Assembly (NCBI GenBank): GCA_910586995.1
Contig: CAJUKZ010000011.1
Coordinates: 1,819 to 65,818, forward strand
DNA length: 64,000 nt
DNA from: an uncultured Muribaculaceae bacterium
GTDB lineage: Bacteria; Bacteroidota; Bacteroidia; Bacteroidales; Muribaculaceae
Reading direction: 5' to 3'
Each line of letters starts with the position of its first letter. The stretch's first letter is position 1. A program made the translations under genes and the position numbers. This document shows positions 31,677 to 41,077 of this stretch, in pieces. The notes under the pieces were generated by a model. The model saw only the letters and a program-made list of their open reading frames with translations. It was not told the DNA's origin and ran no database searches.

Positions 31677-32780
31677 ATGGCAAACTCTATAAAGATAGGA
31701 GATACTGTAAGGTATCTGAATTCAGTCGGTGGTGGTACGGTTGTGCGCATCGACGGAAATATGGCTTATGTGCTTGAGGAAGACGGATTCGAGACACCTG
31801 TGCTGCTGCGTGAATGTGTAGCTGTGGAAGTGAATACGCGCAATGGCGCACGTCCGGGCGCATCGCAGAGTGGTGCGACGACCGGAAAATCCGGTGTTGC
31901 CGCTGCATTGCCGAGTAAGGATACCACACCTGCTGTTGTGATGCCTGAAAAGGTTGAAGAAGTGGCTGGTGGTGATGTCATAAATATACAACTCGCATAT
32001 ATACCGGTTGATATAAAGAAATTATCTGAGACAGAATTTGAAGTGGTTCTGGTCAATGACTCAAACTACTACATATATTATTGCTATATGTCGTCGTCTG
32101 ATCTTGAACCGAAATGGACAACACGTTCCGCAGGTTTGCTTGAACCGAACACGCAGCTTACGCTCGAAATGATGCCGGTCAGGGATCTGGCAGAACTTGA
32201 CCGGGTGGCAGTGCAGTATCTGCCATTCAAGAAAGACAAGCTTTTCGATATGCGCGAACCGGCATTGGTGCAGTGGCGTCTCGACACTACCAAGTTCTGC
32301 AAACTTCACTGTTTCCATCCCAATACTTATTTCGAAGAACCGGTTATAGCATGCGATATCACCGTCAAAGGCCAGCCTATGCATCGCCGTCAGCTTCCCG
32401 ATGCCAAGACCATAGAGGAGGGCATAAGGCAGAAGAAAGCGGATACACGACCGGACAGACGGCCTGTATCGAAGCGCTCCACACCGAATCCCGACGGGCC
32501 ATTGGTCGTTGATCTGCATATTGATGAACTTGTCGACAGTACGCGCGGTCTGTCCAATGCCGATATGCTCAATCTTCAGGTCGATAAATTCCGTGAGGTG
32601 ATGGACGCCAATCTACGTCGCACAGGTACTAAAATCGTGTTCATACATGGCAAGGGCGAGGGGGTATTGCGCCAGGCTCTGCTCAAGGAACTGAATCATC
32701 GCTACAAAGGTCATGATGTTCAGGATGCATCATTCCGCGAATATGGTTTCGGTGCTACACAAGTCACCATACGCAGATGA
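31677..32780 (+). CDS. DUF2027 + Smr-domain protein
   Basis: KIGDTVRYLN...DGFE N-terminus; VDLHI, IVFIHGKGEGVLR, YGFGAT Smr motifs; TAAATTTG at 31624-31631. Confidence 0.85.
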   Translation: MANSIKIGDTVRYLNSVGGGTVVRIDGNMAYVLEEDGFETPVLLRECVAVEVNTRNGARPGASQSGATTGKSGVAAALPSKDTTPAVVMPEKVEEVAGGDVINIQLAYIPVDIKKLSETEFEVVLVNDSNYYIYYCYMSSSDLEPKWTTRSAGLLEPNTQLTLEMMPVRDLAELDRVAVQYLPFKKDKLFDMREPALVQWRLDTTKFCKLHCFHPNTYFEEPVIACDITVKGQPMHRRQLPDAKTIEEGIRQKKADTRPDRRPVSKRSTPNPDGPLVVDLHIDELVDSTRGLSNADMLNLQVDKFREVMDANLRRTGTKIVFIHGKGEGVLRQALLKELNHRYKGHDVQDASFREYGFGATQVTIRR

Positions 32781-33550
32781 TAATAGTCTATTCAGGCACA
32801 GGCAATACGCTGCATATAGCCAGGCTGCTTGCCGCGGAACTGGATATGCGGGTGCTGCACTTGCGCGGCGATGAACTGTTGAATCCTTCTGCTATCTCCG
32901 CCGGGCGCGACGAACCGGTTATATGGGCATTTCCTGTGTATTCGTGGGGTGTGCCTCCGGTAGTGCGACGCTACATGCGTGAATGCGGGTTCGAGGGATC
33001 TGCAGCGCATGCCGTGCATCATGCATTGATTACTTATGGCGATGACGCCGGACTGACCGGTTCTCAGTGGCGGGATGAGATTATGGCGCGTGGGCTGAGG
33101 CCGGGTGGAGTTTATGGTGTACAGATGCCCAATACGTATGTATTCATGCCTGGAATGGATGTTGACTCCGGCGAAGTAGCTGAAGCCAAGATCCGGGATG
33201 CAGGTTTGGCGGTTGCGCGTATTGCTGCTGAGATACGCGGTAATGCAGCCGGTGTCTGGGAAGATAATTACAAAAAGGGAAGTTTTGCCTGGCTTAAATC
33301 GCGGGTCATAAGACCTTGGTTCGAGCGGCATTGCATGTCGGACAGGCATTATCACGCCACGCATGATTGTACCGGTTGTGGCAGGTGTGTCTCGGTATGT
33401 CCGATGCTTAATATTAGACTTGATGAGGGTAAGCCCCGTTGGGGCGGAAGATGTGCGATGTGTCTGGCCTGTTATCATGTATGTCCGCACCATGCTGTTG
33501 CATATAAGGGCATTACGAAAAAGAAGGGTCAGAAACGATTGTTAAAGTAG
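32777..33550 (+). CDS. EFR1-family flavodoxin/4Fe-4S ferredoxin
   Basis: YSGTGNT, FPVYSW; CTGCGRCVSVCP and CAMCLACYHVCP. Confidence 0.88.
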   Translation: MIIVYSGTGNTLHIARLLAAELDMRVLHLRGDELLNPSAISAGRDEPVIWAFPVYSWGVPPVVRRYMRECGFEGSAAHAVHHALITYGDDAGLTGSQWRDEIMARGLRPGGVYGVQMPNTYVFMPGMDVDSGEVAEAKIRDAGLAVARIAAEIRGNAAGVWEDNYKKGSFAWLKSRVIRPWFERHCMSDRHYHATHDCTGCGRCVSVCPMLNIRLDEGKPRWGGRCAMCLACYHVCPHHAVAYKGITKKKGQKRLLK

Positions 33551-33642
33551 ACTCTGAATAGACCTGTATAATCAGGCAGTTGTCCACGCTTTTGTTTGCC
33601 CGGTCGGGATGTATTTCCGGTCGGGTTCCGTCGTGTAGTGCC

Positions 33643-33650
33643 TAACTTTG
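33643..33650 (+). promoter_or_regulatory. -7 element (TAACTTTG) for the phage-like gene trio
   Basis: Perfect TAnnTTTG match about 70 nt before ATG 33722, followed by an AT-rich leader. Confidence 0.6.
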
Positions 33651-33721
33651 CATCAGTAATGGACGGTATGACTGCCGTGAGAGAATTATTGTATTATGAA
33701 TTAATTTGATTTTTGTAAACT

Positions 33722-34021
33722 ATGGAAACACAAGAAAAAAATGAAGCAATCGAGCGCGATGTAGTACAGCTATCATCAGAACCAAGCGAAGTGGTAACGG
33801 TTGAAAAAGAGGCGGATTTACCCAAGCGAGGGACTGCTGATACTATGGAAAACAAGGAGCTGACGGATGCAGCATTGGAGCGTCTTGTAGCCGAAGCTGA
33901 GGAGCGTGGCTATCTCAGGGGGCGCAATGAGAAAATCTCTATTTCAATGGAACAGTGGGAGACGTCTGTCGATCTTGCTCCTGACCTGTTGCTGACTCCG
34001 CGCAAATCGCTGTGGGACTGA
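33722..34021 (+). CDS. Hypothetical acidic protein, possible phage scaffold-like fragment
   Basis: 99 aa, acidic; LVAEAEERGYLRGRNEKI resembles a motif I recall from Bacteroidales prophage head-region proteins (inference). Confidence 0.5.
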   Translation: METQEKNEAIERDVVQLSSEPSEVVTVEKEADLPKRGTADTMENKELTDAALERLVAEAEERGYLRGRNEKISISMEQWETSVDLAPDLLLTPRKSLWD

Positions 34022-34036
34022 TCTGATGCGCGGCCT

Positions 34037-34576
34037 ATGAAATATTCAGAACTTATGCAGCAGTGGAGGCTGCGATGCGGCCTCCCTGCTGGCCGCGACG
34101 AGTGTTCGCTTGATTATGCGGCGGGAATTGATGTGGATGATCTTTTGCACCGTCGTATAGCCGACTGGTATGTGTCTCTTGTCCGTAAAGGCGTAAGTGG
34201 AGATCTTGTGGATACAGATGTTTCTGCCGGAATAACTGTTACGATGCTTCCCGGAAATATATTGAGCGTGAGACTCCCAGATGAAGCATTGTTGCCATCG
34301 CAGCTTACGGTGGAGAAACAACCCTGCCGTATCATTGATTCAGAACACTTGCCGCGCCTTAGCCGTCTTGTGCTTGAAGCAGGCTGTTCTCCTACGGAAG
34401 GTCTTGAGGCTGTATACTCGGCTTCCGGTCGTGAACTGTTAGTCCCGTATTGCCGGACCGTCTCAACTGTTGATGTCATGTGCCGGGCTTATATTCATCC
34501 TCCTGCATGTCCGTCGCCTGACTACGACTATCCTGTGCGCATGTCGGCGTTGGCCACTATACCATCTGTATTATAA
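34037..34576 (+). CDS. Hypothetical protein, possibly phage head-completion/adaptor-derived
   Basis: 179-aa intact ORF with 15- and 25-bp gaps to its neighbours; function inferred mainly from context. Confidence 0.45.
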   Translation: MKYSELMQQWRLRCGLPAGRDECSLDYAAGIDVDDLLHRRIADWYVSLVRKGVSGDLVDTDVSAGITVTMLPGNILSVRLPDEALLPSQLTVEKQPCRIIDSEHLPRLSRLVLEAGCSPTEGLEAVYSASGRELLVPYCRTVSTVDVMCRAYIHPPACPSPDYDYPVRMSALATIPSVL

Positions 34577-34601
34577 ATAAAGCTTTTAAAAGATATATAC
34601 T

Positions 34602-36032
34602 ATGGAGACATTTAATGCTGCATATGCAGCGTGGCAGGCCGGAGCAGATATGCGTGCCCGCCGGCAGCGCTTCAAGAATTATACATATGGCAATCAATGG
34701 GCCGATATTGTACCGGGACGTCAGGGCTCTCCTCCGTGCACCGAAGGAGAAGCAATAACGAATACTGGAAGAAAGCCATTGACCAATAATCTGATACATA
34801 GATTGGTAAAGGCTATAGTCGGGCGTTGGCGTTCGATGCCTGCCTCAGCTTCAGTATATGCCGGAGGACAGAAGTTCATAAAGTATAATGAGCTGGAGGA
34901 TATAGATGCCCGTCTTCTTGAGGAATTCCTGATTTCGGGCGTTGCAGTCCAGAGAATAGGCAGGACTTCGGACGGGCGGGTGACGGTCGACAACGTGATG
35001 ACATCCGACTTCTTCGTCAATGTCCATTCCGATACGCGCGGTCGGGATGTAGAACTTCTGGGTATGTTGCATTCGTTGCCGTTGAGCGAGGTAGTAAGGC
35101 GTTTTTGTGGTGGAAATGCATCAAAAGCTTCGGTAATCCGGCGGATTTATGCCGGACTTGCAGGCACGGATGCCGTATCTCTTGCAACGGGTTCGTCAGC
35201 GCTTGGAGTTTCAGTTGCCGGTGGTGAAGATTTCTTCCGGGCTCCGGATGTATCGTCGGGCGCTCCACGATGCCGTGTCGTGGAAGTATGGTCAAGGCGT
35301 TCGGCTGATGTGTATCTATGCCATGACAGACGTGATGCCAGGGCTTTTGCCGTACCGGTGTCGCAGCAAAAGAAGATAGATTCTGAGAACCGCCGTCGCC
35401 GTCGCAACGGAGAGCCGCGTATTGAGGCTCGCTTTTCGGTGCAGACGGTATGGTACTATACTTTTTATGCGCCTACTGGAGAGGTCCTTGCCGAAGGTGT
35501 ATCACCTTACCCTCATCATGGACATCCTTTTGTGTTCAGGTTTTATCCGCTTACAGATGGCGAGGTACACCCTTTTGTAGAAGGACTGGTGGATCAGCAA
35601 AAGTATATAAACCGGTTGATTGTCAGCATTGACCATACGATGCAGACTTCGGCCAAGGGCGTACTGCTGTTTCCTGAGCAGCAGTTGGTATCGGGGTGGA
35701 CCTTGGCTGATGTGGCGAGGGAATGGAGTGCTTGCGACGGTGTGATACCTGTGCGCGGAGGTGAAGCAGAAGGTATGCCGCGTCAGGTGGTGGCAAGTTC
35801 CGGTGATCCGCAGGCCTACAGGCTTCTTGACATACAGATGAAGCTGTTCGATCAGATCTCAGGTGTGCCGGAAGCTTTGCTCGGGCGGCAGACTGGAGCT
35901 ACGGGTGCGGAGCTTTACAATGCTCAGGTAGAGAATGCGACCTCAAATCTTACCGACATATTCCGTACGTTTGCAGCTATGCTCATGGCCCGTAATGCCA
36001 AAGCAGTATCGCTCGAAAGCAATAATTATTAG
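34602..36032 (+). CDS. Phage portal-like protein (P22-like family)
   Basis: YTYGNQW, PLTNNLIHRLVKAIVG, EEFLISG, CRVVEVW, HPFVFRFYP, DQQKYINRL...SAKGVLL, FDQISGVPEALLG follow the order of P22-type portal motifs. Confidence 0.7.
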   Translation: METFNAAYAAWQAGADMRARRQRFKNYTYGNQWADIVPGRQGSPPCTEGEAITNTGRKPLTNNLIHRLVKAIVGRWRSMPASASVYAGGQKFIKYNELEDIDARLLEEFLISGVAVQRIGRTSDGRVTVDNVMTSDFFVNVHSDTRGRDVELLGMLHSLPLSEVVRRFCGGNASKASVIRRIYAGLAGTDAVSLATGSSALGVSVAGGEDFFRAPDVSSGAPRCRVVEVWSRRSADVYLCHDRRDARAFAVPVSQQKKIDSENRRRRRNGEPRIEARFSVQTVWYYTFYAPTGEVLAEGVSPYPHHGHPFVFRFYPLTDGEVHPFVEGLVDQQKYINRLIVSIDHTMQTSAKGVLLFPEQQLVSGWTLADVAREWSACDGVIPVRGGEAEGMPRQVVASSGDPQAYRLLDIQMKLFDQISGVPEALLGRQTGATGAELYNAQVENATSNLTDIFRTFAAMLMARNAKAVSLESNNY

Positions 36033-36040
36033 GTATGCTC

Positions 36041-36090
36041 AAAAAGAGAATGTGCGCTCCCGGAGTCTCAGGAGCGCACATTTCCTTATT
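36041..36090. terminator. Bidirectional terminator between the portal-like gene and ompA
   Basis: AATGTGCGCTCC / GGAGCGCACATT stem (36049-36082) with an A-run before and T-rich sequence after. Confidence 0.8.
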
Positions 36091-36116
36091 GATTTATGTT
36101 ATCTTCTGGCTGAGAA

Positions 36117-37322
36117 TCAGTCTGCGGTGAAGATTACGATACGGTTCCAGTTGTTTGTGTCGTAGGGCTGGACGTCGCTACCGTTTGCCTTGATGCTCAG
36201 GCGGCTTGCGTCGATGCCGTATTTGTCGACGAGAACTTTCTGTACTGCTTCAGCACGGCGCTGGGAAAGCTTCATGTTGTAAGCGGAAGAACCGGTCTTC
36301 TTGTCTGCGTATCCGGCGATCACCACCTTCTGTTCGGGGTTGGCCTTCATCCATTCGGCTGTGTTGTATACGTTCACCATTTCCTCGTCGGAGATGCGGG
36401 CCGAATTGATGCGGAAACGAACTGTAGACATCAGAGGAGCTGCCTGTACAACGGGAGCTGCTTCCTTGGTGACTTCGGGGCAGGGGAGCTGAGCTTCTGC
36501 TGCGGCCAAAGCTGCACCACATGTAGCGAGATCGGCACGGAGATCGTTCACCTGATTGTTGAGTTCTGCGATGTGGCTCAGGTAGTTGCAAGGATTGTAG
36601 GTCTTGAATCCACGGCCACCGAGATTGATGTTGAAGCCTGCGAGGGCATGTACGTTGGCATCAATGGGGTTGCCTACTGTGTTGCGGTTGAACTGGTCTG
36701 CGATGAACTGAGCACGTCCTTCTACGAAGAAATCAGCATACTTGCACAGGCGGAAACGCAGTTGGATACCTGCCGATACGGGAAGAACCCATTCGTTGTC
36801 TTTCAGTTTGCCGCGCTGGTCGAGGTCGTTGCAAGTACCGGTGTAGTCCCAGAGGAATGTACCGCCTACGCCGATGAACGGGATGATTGAGAATACGCGG
36901 TCCTGCTTCACTCCGAACGAGTTGAGCATATCCCACATGATGTCAAGGTTGCCGTTCACATATTTGGCTTTTGAGTACACGCCTGTATCGTAGTGCATCG
37001 CGCCACCTACGAAGCTCATGCGCCAGCCGAAGTACGGGCTGAACCACTTGCCGAAACCGATGTTGTAGGCGGCTGTTACGTGGCGTTTTGCATCGCCGCC
37101 ATCGTTAAGATAGTTCTCAACGTATGGGATCTCAATACCTGCGCCTAATTGGATGAACCAGTTGTCGCGCCATGTCGAATAATACTGGTCTTTGCACTCT
37201 ACGAGTTCGCCGACTACTACGTCTTCCTGTTCAACCACTACTTCTTCCTGAGCGGAAGCATTCTGGGTCGAGAACATTGTGATGCCACCGGCAACCAATG
37301 CTAAAAGCACATTCTTTCTCAT
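36117..37322 (-). CDS. OmpA-family major outer-membrane protein
   Basis: Signal peptide; GKWFSPYFG barrel; C-terminal OmpA domain (GYADKKTG...YNMKLSQRRA...NRIV). Confidence 0.92.
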   Translation of the reverse strand: MRKNVLLALVAGGITMFSTQNASAQEEVVVEQEDVVVGELVECKDQYYSTWRDNWFIQLGAGIEIPYVENYLNDGGDAKRHVTAAYNIGFGKWFSPYFGWRMSFVGGAMHYDTGVYSKAKYVNGNLDIMWDMLNSFGVKQDRVFSIIPFIGVGGTFLWDYTGTCNDLDQRGKLKDNEWVLPVSAGIQLRFRLCKYADFFVEGRAQFIADQFNRNTVGNPIDANVHALAGFNINLGGRGFKTYNPCNYLSHIAELNNQVNDLRADLATCGAALAAAEAQLPCPEVTKEAAPVVQAAPLMSTVRFRINSARISDEEMVNVYNTAEWMKANPEQKVVIAGYADKKTGSSAYNMKLSQRRAEAVQKVLVDKYGIDASRLSIKANGSDVQPYDTNNWNRIVIFTAD

Positions 37323-37567
37323 TGAATAATCGGAATTAAATTAAACTTATTTTTATTTTATTTTAGTTGAAACTTGAAGTATACCGTTTTCGTGCGGTAT
37401 GAAAAGATAACAAATCTTATAAAAAAGTAGTTCATGCAACTGACTGTTAAAAACAGGAATTCCTGACATAGAGCAGTCTGAAGCGGTTCTTTTTTATCCC
37501 GATTACGGGGACACACCTCCCAGGCATGTCCCCGCATAAAGGGATTTTGTAAGATTTATAGAATGTG

Positions 37568-38905
37568 TCAGATTATACCCTGACCCATCATTGCGTCGGC
37601 TACTTTCATGAATCCGGCGATGTTGGCGCCCTTCATGTAGTTGATGTATCCGTCGGGCTCAGTACCGTAGGTGACACACTGCTCGTGGATGGAGCTCATG
37701 ATGTAGTGCAGCTTCTTGTCCACTTCCTCTGCGCTCCACTGCAGGTGTTCGGCATCCTGGCTCATCTCAAGTCCGGATGTTGCCACACCGCCTGCATTGA
37801 CTGCCTTGCCGGGTGCGTATGTGATGCGTGATTCGATGATTGTATCAATGGCTTCCGGAGTGCAACCCATGTTGGATACTTCGGCCACGAGCTGAACGCC
37901 GTTGTCTACGAGCTGGCGTGCGTCGTTGCCGTTGAGTTCGTTCTGGGTGGCGCAGGGCAGTGCGATGTCTACCTTCTGTTCCCAGGGCTTGCGGCCTGCA
38001 TAGAATGTTGAGCCGGGGAATTTGTCGGCGTATGGAGCTACGATGTCGTTGCCGGAGGCACGGAGTTCGAGCATATAGTCGATCTTCTCGGCGTTGAGTC
38101 CTTCAGGATCATATACGTAGCCGTCAGGACCGGAGATGGTGACAACCTTTGCTCCGAGTTCGGTAGCCTTCAGTGCTGCTCCCCATGCTACGTTGCCGAA
38201 GCCTGAGATTGCGATAGTCTTGCCCTTGATGTCGTCATTCTTTTGTGCGAGGATGCTCTGTACGAAGTAAAGGGCGCCGAAACCGGTGGCTTCAGGACGA
38301 ATGCGGGATCCGCCGAAGCTCAGGCCCTTGCCTGTGAATGTTCCGGTGCATTCGCGCGAAAGTTTCTTGTACATTCCGTACATATATCCTACTTCGCGAC
38401 CGCCTACGCCTATGTCGCCGGCAGGTACGTCCTGATCCGGTCCGAGGTTGCGCCAGAGTTCCAGAATGAATGCCTGGCAGAAGCGCATGATTTCGCGATC
38501 GCTCTTGCCGCGGGGCGAGAAGTCGCTGCCGCCTTTTGCTCCGCCCATAGGAAGGGTGGTCAGCGCATTTTTGAAAGTCTGCTCGAATCCAAGGAATTTA
38601 AGGATCGAGAGATTGACAGAAGCGTGGAAACGTATGCCGCCTTTGTACGGGCCTATAGCGTTGTTGAACTGCACGCGGTAGCCGATGTTGTTCTGCACTT
38701 CACCGTTGTCGTCGATCCATGTGACGCGGAATGTGAAGATGCGGTCAGGCTCGACCATGCGTTCAATGATTTTGTTGCGTTCGAATTCAGGGTGCTGATT
38801 GTAGACGTCCTCGACGCAAAGAAGCACTTCCTTCACAGCCTGGAGGTATTCTTTCTCGCCGGGATGTTTGGCCTCAAGGCCGGTCATGATACTATTAATG
38901 TCCAT
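37568..38905 (-). CDS. gdhA: Glutamate dehydrogenase
   Basis: GPYKGGIRFH, GGAKGG, DVPAGDIG, RPEATGFG, GFGNVA, NAGGVATS. Confidence 0.95.
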   Translation of the reverse strand: MDINSIMTGLEAKHPGEKEYLQAVKEVLLCVEDVYNQHPEFERNKIIERMVEPDRIFTFRVTWIDDNGEVQNNIGYRVQFNNAIGPYKGGIRFHASVNLSILKFLGFEQTFKNALTTLPMGGAKGGSDFSPRGKSDREIMRFCQAFILELWRNLGPDQDVPAGDIGVGGREVGYMYGMYKKLSRECTGTFTGKGLSFGGSRIRPEATGFGALYFVQSILAQKNDDIKGKTIAISGFGNVAWGAALKATELGAKVVTISGPDGYVYDPEGLNAEKIDYMLELRASGNDIVAPYADKFPGSTFYAGRKPWEQKVDIALPCATQNELNGNDARQLVDNGVQLVAEVSNMGCTPEAIDTIIESRITYAPGKAVNAGGVATSGLEMSQDAEHLQWSAEEVDKKLHYIMSSIHEQCVTYGTEPDGYINYMKGANIAGFMKVADAMMGQGII

Positions 38906-38999
38906 AACATTAAATGATTTAAAAAGATTAACGACGCAAATATATGCAATAAAAATCGAATAAACAACCGCTGTGGAGGCAAAAATCCATGTGGATTTT

Positions 39000-40067
39000 T
39001 TATTCTCCGTTTTCGAGTTGTTGTCGTACCGATTCTTCGTGTATTGCCGAGAGCAGGGAACGCATGAATTCAGGATTCATTCCGAGGCGTTCGGCATCCT
39101 TTACCCTCGAGGCCACGATGTCGCTGTATCGGCCGGGCTGCACTACCGGCATGCTGTGGGCGCGTTTATACTCGCCGATCTGCCGCGATACTTCCATACG
39201 CCTGGCCAGTACATCGAGAAGCTCTGCATCAATGCTGTCGATCTGCTTGCGCAGTTCCTCTATTCCGTCAGGCGCAACTGGGGTGTCACGGTAGCGCAGG
39301 CGTCCGAGTATTTCCGACAGTGTGTCGGGCGTGATCTGCTGTGCTGCATCGCTCCATGCGTTGTCAGGTTCGCAATGGCTTTCAATGATCAGCCCGTCGA
39401 ATCCTATATCCATTGCTTTCTGGGCTATAGGTTCGATGAGCTGGCGCTTCCCGCCTATGTGGGATGGATCGCAGATTATGGGCAGATCGGGCAGGCGTCT
39501 CCGAAGTTCGAGCGGAATCCGCCATAGTGGTTCGTTGCGGTATATGCTTTCTCCGTAGATGCTGAATCCGCGGTGTATCGCAGCCAGGCGGCGTATGCCT
39601 GAGTTTTCGAGACGTTGCAATGCTCCGATCCATAAGCCGAGATCGGGATTCAGAGGATTTTTCACAAACACAGGTACGTCTGTAGCTCCCAGACGCACCA
39701 TTTCGTCGGCTATTTCCTGAACTGCGAACGGGTTGCCTGATGTGCGTGCACCGATCCAAAGTATGTCTGTGCCGGCTGAAAGCGCCGCTTCTACATGGCG
39801 TGGTGTTGCCACTTCAACAGCTGTCAGCATACCGGTGAGTTCCTTGGCTTGTCTCATCCACACGAGAGCCGGTTCGCCGACTCCCTCGAAGCATCCGGGG
39901 CTTGTACGTGGCTTCCATATTCCGGCCCGGAGTATTCCGACGCCGACCTGTGAGAGTGCCGAGGCCGTGTCGAACAGCCGATCCGGTGTCTCTGCACTGC
40001 ATGGGCCTGCCATTATGATGGGGGAGGTTAGTCTGCGTCCTCCCGCTTCAAGTGGTAATAGCTGCAT
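39000..40067 (-). CDS. Bifunctional DAHP synthase / chorismate mutase
   Basis: AGPCSAE, WKPRT, WIGART, DPSH; C-terminal LRKQIDSID chorismate mutase domain. Confidence 0.9.
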   Translation of the reverse strand: MQLLPLEAGGRRLTSPIIMAGPCSAETPDRLFDTASALSQVGVGILRAGIWKPRTSPGCFEGVGEPALVWMRQAKELTGMLTAVEVATPRHVEAALSAGTDILWIGARTSGNPFAVQEIADEMVRLGATDVPVFVKNPLNPDLGLWIGALQRLENSGIRRLAAIHRGFSIYGESIYRNEPLWRIPLELRRRLPDLPIICDPSHIGGKRQLIEPIAQKAMDIGFDGLIIESHCEPDNAWSDAAQQITPDTLSEILGRLRYRDTPVAPDGIEELRKQIDSIDAELLDVLARRMEVSRQIGEYKRAHSMPVVQPGRYSDIVASRVKDAERLGMNPEFMRSLLSAIHEESVRQQLENGE

Positions 40068-40153
40068 ATTCTTCGTGAAAATTTCCGCAAAGATACAAAT
40101 AACTGCCGTGTGATGCCAAAATATTTTGTGGAGTATGCTAAACTGAGTTTTGC

Positions 40154-40933
40154 CTATTTACCGGTATAGAAGCATCTGACTCTGCCTACCGGCAATTTTC
40201 CTTCGAGCTTCACTGGTATGCGTTTGCTGTCTGCTGTGATCCAGGCGTCCATGTCGTCGGAGGTCTTTTTCTTGCCGTCGGAAGTGAATATGAAACTCAC
40301 ATGATATGCTTTGTAGGACCGATTGTCGTAGTCCACCTTGTCTGTGCCCATGTATTTTATAGTCAGGAGTTCTTTGCGCTTGCCTGAGAATATGTTGATG
40401 GTGATGACCTGACCTTTCTTCATTTTTGAGAAGTCGAGTGTGCGCATGAAGTAGAATGAACTGAGCATGTCGACGGTTGTCCCCATAGCCTCGAGTTCAA
40501 GCTTCTCATCGCGGATCAGTTTCTTGTTCTTCACTACTTTTCGTGTGCAATATCCTTTTGTAGTGCCTTTTGTAGTGGGGCTGAAACGTACTACGTCGTG
40601 CTTGTCTTCATTATCTTCGTGCGAGATTTTGTTGTATATCACAGGTGTGAGCGATGGACGCAGCATCTCGGAGGTGAGAGTGTCGCGTACTCTATAGAAA
40701 TGGTCGGCCCAGGGATCGGTGCGCGCTGTAAGTATGGAGTAGTAGCGGTCGCCCTCGCTGCGCAGGGTTATGTCTACTGTGCCTGCCTGTTTGTTCACCA
40801 ACCCCCACTTGAACATAACTTTGTAGGATAGAGTCTCGTCGGGAAACGTCGGCTTGCTGCCTGAGGCTATGGAAAGAAAGGCCGAGAACAGTGCTGCTAC
40901 GGCAACTGATAGTATTCTTGCTGATATTTTCAT
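40154..40933 (-). CDS. DUF3108-domain exported protein
   Basis: Signal peptide; ETLSYKVMFKWG, YRVRDTL, DMLSSFY, IPVKLEGKLPVG. Confidence 0.7.
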   Translation of the reverse strand: MKISARILSVAVAALFSAFLSIASGSKPTFPDETLSYKVMFKWGLVNKQAGTVDITLRSEGDRYYSILTARTDPWADHFYRVRDTLTSEMLRPSLTPVIYNKISHEDNEDKHDVVRFSPTTKGTTKGYCTRKVVKNKKLIRDEKLELEAMGTTVDMLSSFYFMRTLDFSKMKKGQVITINIFSGKRKELLTIKYMGTDKVDYDNRSYKAYHVSFIFTSDGKKKTSDDMDAWITADSKRIPVKLEGKLPVGRVRCFYTGK

Positions 40934-41002
40934 AATAAGATAAGACTATGTGAGGATTCAAAAGTTTAGCGGCACATATGAGATTGTCTTTTTATATCCC
41001 GG

Positions 41003-41055
41003 AAAACAAATAACGCCACGCTCCTGCTTATGGTTGAGCGTGGCGTTGTTTTGTT
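41003..41055. terminator. Intrinsic terminator after the gamma-carbonic-anhydrase-family gene
   Basis: AACGCCACGCTC / GAGCGTGGCGTT stem with A/T tracts on both sides. Confidence 0.75.
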
Positions 41056-41077
41056 GTATTTATCAAGTGGCAGCGCG

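Noticed and set aside
33722..36032. Intact prophage
   Set aside because: Only three genes; no integrase, terminase, capsid, tail, lysis or att repeats; both flanks are housekeeping genes.
37505..37535. Hairpin after gdhA as a terminator or mobile repeat
   Set aside because: No U-tract on the gdhA strand and no second copy seen; at most an mRNA-stabilising stem.
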